DNA from: an uncultured Oscillospiraceae bacterium
GTDB lineage: Bacteria > Bacillota > Clostridia > Oscillospirales > Ruminococcaceae
Length of the DNA stretch: 52,968 nt
Direction: 5' to 3'
NCBI GenBank assembly: GCA_964371365.1
Contig: CAYJMO010000004.1
Span: forward strand, 1-52,968
The notes beneath the pieces are model-generated. The model did no database searches, was not told the DNA's origin, and saw only the letters and a program-made list of their open reading frames with translations. Positions 50,714-52,968 of the stretch are shown here, one piece after another. The translations under genes and the position numbers were made by a program. Numbering within the stretch: position 1 is the stretch's first letter; every line of letters begins with the position of its first letter.

Positions 50714-52968
50714 ATGGGAGGGATGTGTTTTTTGGATAAATTTACAATAAAAAATCATACTACTCTTAAAAAATATTACCGCATTATCTTCTCTATATTC
50801 GTCATTCTTTTATCTCTTTTGCTAATTTTTGCCGGTTTATCGTTATACTCTCAGTACATATCTTTAAACCAGGGTTTGCAACAAAACACGGAGCAAAGTT
50901 ACAACTATTTTAAACAGGAGCTCAACGCGCTGACCAAGGTGAGCTACAGCATCTCCAATCAATCCTCTCTTTTTTCCTATAATATAGAGAGCAACTTTGA
51001 TTACTCCCACAACATCGCACAGGATATAAATACATCTATTTCCTCCCACGAAAGCATTTTGTCACTCGGCATTGCTTATGGAAAAAGCAGTAATGTTCTA
51101 TTATCCGACATGGTCTTTTCCAGTCGGGGCAAAAGTCCGTATTCCGATCTGCTGTCCTCCCTTCATGAGATCTCACCCGAGTTTAATGACGAGCTTATAT
51201 CCCCCGATGTTTTCTTCTTTTTATCCGACGCCGACTCCGACCACAGCGACAAATCCCTCTACTGTGTCACCACCAAACCATCCCCCTATGGTGTTTCTGA
51301 TGCGATACTCTACTATGAGATGGACTATGACTACCTTGTGAACCTGATAAACGACAATATCGAGATGTCGTCCGGCCACTTTGAGATATATGACGGGCAG
51401 GATAGTTTGATTTTAGTGTCCGGCACCGAGATGCCAACCGGTAACAATATCACGCAATTTGTTTTTGAGGATATCACCAACGATTGTTATGGAGTGTACA
51501 GCGTTGACAGCATGGAGGTCTACTCCGGATTGATATACCTCTCGCTCACTACACTTATCTTTTATCTTCTGCTTTTATTCTTTGCAAGGCAGATGAGTAT
51601 GTTTATTGCGCGCAGATGGTATACCCCACTTTATAACCTGTCCTCCCTCATACACAACGTCTCGCCGAACCCCGGTGAGGAGGTGGTCATTGAAAATACC
51701 TTTAAATATCTTAACGACAACATGCTGCGACTCACCGATAACCTATCGAATCAGGAGAGCATCGTAACAACCCAGATAATGACCGCACTATTAAACGGGA
51801 AGAACACACAGGCTATCGCCGAGCAATGGGGTGAGGCGGCGAGCATACAGCTTGAGAAGTTGGAAAGCACCAAGAACTACTGTTGTATCGTGGCGTATAT
51901 CGACAACTATCTTGTGGACTTTGTTCAAAATCGCTCTGTCAATCAACAGTGGATAGATCGTCTCGCCATCAGCAACCGAATAAAAAACCATGTCGAGCCG
52001 AATGATTTTATCTTTACCAACGATGTAATATACAGCACCGGCATCGTCATCGTCTATGGCACCGACGATGAGATGAGCATTCAACAACGTGCACTCGATC
52101 TATGTCGATACATTCAAGACCACGTTGCGCAGAAGTATGATTTTGACATGACCTTTGCGGTAGGGTGGCACTACACCAAGTTAAACAGTATCTCCTATTC
52201 CTATAAAGATGCCCTTACATTCTTAGAGTACTCCATGTTTTTCGAGCAGAGTGAGATCCTGACCACCGCACTTATCGACAACCTACTCTGCAAGAGCGGC
52301 TTTAAAAAGATTAACTTTAGCAACTACATAGAGCGCATTGTCAAGAGTATCAAGCATCAAAACGAGATGGAACTTCGTGAGGATTTAAGCCTCTTTTTTG
52401 AGAAGTTTTCCGACTCCGGTGATGTGCTGACGGTGCGCGGCGCATGTTTTGATCTGCTCGCAGCTCTTAGAAAATTTATAGACCAAACCCCCATAACCAC
52501 TCCCGAGACGACCTTGTATAAACTTGATAACCTCTATTCGAGGATACCACAGGATCTAAAACAGTATAAATCCAACCTTGAAAGTTTTTGCATTACACTT
52601 ATGCGACAGATTGTGCCGAGTGAAGACACTGCCGCAAAAAGTGAAAAATATGAGTTGATACTGTCCTATATAGCGGAAAATCTCTCCGACAGCACACTAT
52701 GTCTTGACAGCATTGCCGAAAAATTCTCCATGAACGCCTCCTACCTCACCCGATATTTTAAGGCACAAAACGGCGATCCTATCATGAAGTATGTCGACGC
52801 CTTGCGGTTTGAAAACGCAAAACATTACCTGATCAACACTCGTTTCAGCATAAAGGATATAGTTCACAACGTCGGCTACAGCGATGATAATAACTTCAAC
52901 CGTAAGTTTAAACAGCGTGAGGGGATAACCCCACAACAGTACCGACAACTCTATCAGCAGGATAATGA
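50714..52968 (+). CDS. Membrane-anchored AraC-family transcriptional regulator (two TM segments flanking an extracytoplasmic sensor domain); 3' end at or just beyond the window edge
   Basis: This open frame (codon starts at positions congruent to 2 mod 3) runs from ATG 50714 to the last base with no stop, so it is missing from the ORF track. TM1 is YRIIFSIFVILLSLLLIFAGL and TM2 is GLIYLSLTTLIFYLLLLFFA. The C-terminal AraC HTH is IAEKFSMNASYLTRYFKAQNG...VGYSDDNNFNRKFKQREGITPQQYR. The start could be ATG 50714, ATG 50723 or TTG 50732. Confidence 0.8.
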   Translation, partial: MGGMCFLDKFTIKNHTTLKKYYRIIFSIFVILLSLLLIFAGLSLYSQYISLNQGLQQNTEQSYNYFKQELNALTKVSYSISNQSSLFSYNIESNFDYSHNIAQDINTSISSHESILSLGIAYGKSSNVLLSDMVFSSRGKSPYSDLLSSLHEISPEFNDELISPDVFFFLSDADSDHSDKSLYCVTTKPSPYGVSDAILYYEMDYDYLVNLINDNIEMSSGHFEIYDGQDSLILVSGTEMPTGNNITQFVFEDITNDCYGVYSVDSMEVYSGLIYLSLTTLIFYLLLLFFARQMSMFIARRWYTPLYNLSSLIHNVSPNPGEEVVIENTFKYLNDNMLRLTDNLSNQESIVTTQIMTALLNGKNTQAIAEQWGEAASIQLEKLESTKNYCCIVAYIDNYLVDFVQNRSVNQQWIDRLAISNRIKNHVEPNDFIFTNDVIYSTGIVIVYGTDDEMSIQQRALDLCRYIQDHVAQKYDFDMTFAVGWHYTKLNSISYSYKDALTFLEYSMFFEQSEILTTALIDNLLCKSGFKKINFSNYIERIVKSIKHQNEMELREDLSLFFEKFSDSGDVLTVRGACFDLLAALRKFIDQTPITTPETTLYKLDNLYSRIPQDLKQYKSNLESFCITLMRQIVPSEDTAAKSEKYELILSYIAENLSDSTLCLDSIAEKFSMNASYLTRYFKAQNGDPIMKYVDALRFENAKHYLINTRFSIKDIVHNVGYSDDNNFNRKFKQREGITPQQYRQLYQQDN

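Overview
This 52,968-bp window looks like core chromosome of a Clostridia-class Firmicute. The basis is AAAGGA-type Shine-Dalgarno sites placed about 10-12 nt before starts, sigma-A TTGACA/TATAAT promoters, lipoprotein solute-binding proteins with acidic linkers, and YesMN/Lpl-type sugar systems. I call 45 protein genes, two of them truncated by the window edges. I saw no rRNA, tRNA, CRISPR array, transposase, integrase or phage genes. Gene order: (1) a flavodoxin / DUF3793 / DUF2325 operon (minus strand), divergent from a TetR regulator and a heterodimeric ABC exporter; (2) a PLP-decarboxylase-fold protein, a GT-C-like membrane protein and a DEAD-box helicase; (3) a cell-wall polysaccharide module (rfbC, ABC-2 permease, ATPase, double-GT2 enzyme); (4) a beta-CASP MBL hydrolase, hisH, hisF, mtnN, a membrane protein and a two-domain AAA+ ATPase; (5) rpsF-ssb-rpsR; (6) an alanine/sodium symporter; (7) sugar ABC locus 1, a GNAT and a HAD hydrolase; (8) an aspS-gatC fusion, gatA and gatB (minus strand); (9) an aldo/keto reductase; (10) sugar ABC locus 2 with a YesM/YesN-type two-component system; (11) sugar locus 3 (ROK kinase, His-rich hydrolase-like protein, TIM-barrel isomerase, Gfo/Idh/MocA oxidoreductase, Lpl-type ABC transporter, membrane-bound AraC regulator running off the window end). 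I did not recognise a new multi-protein system such as a defence island. The unexplained signals are mostly at RNA/DNA level. (a) A modular intergenic repeat occurs three times in front of hisF, mtnN and a membrane-protein gene. (b) A 107-nt perfect four-way-junction palindrome lies downstream of rpsR. (c) An orphan minus-strand sRNA candidate has a consensus promoter, an intrinsic terminator and CCUCC loops. (d) Two related, heavily base-paired intergenic elements share conserved sequence blocks; one separates the gatC domain from gatA. At protein level, the notable items are the AspRS-GatC fusion, a decarboxylase-fold protein lacking the PLP lysine, and an orphan AAA+ ATPase that I recall as injection-system-type. 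All function calls rest on reading motifs by eye; no database search was run.
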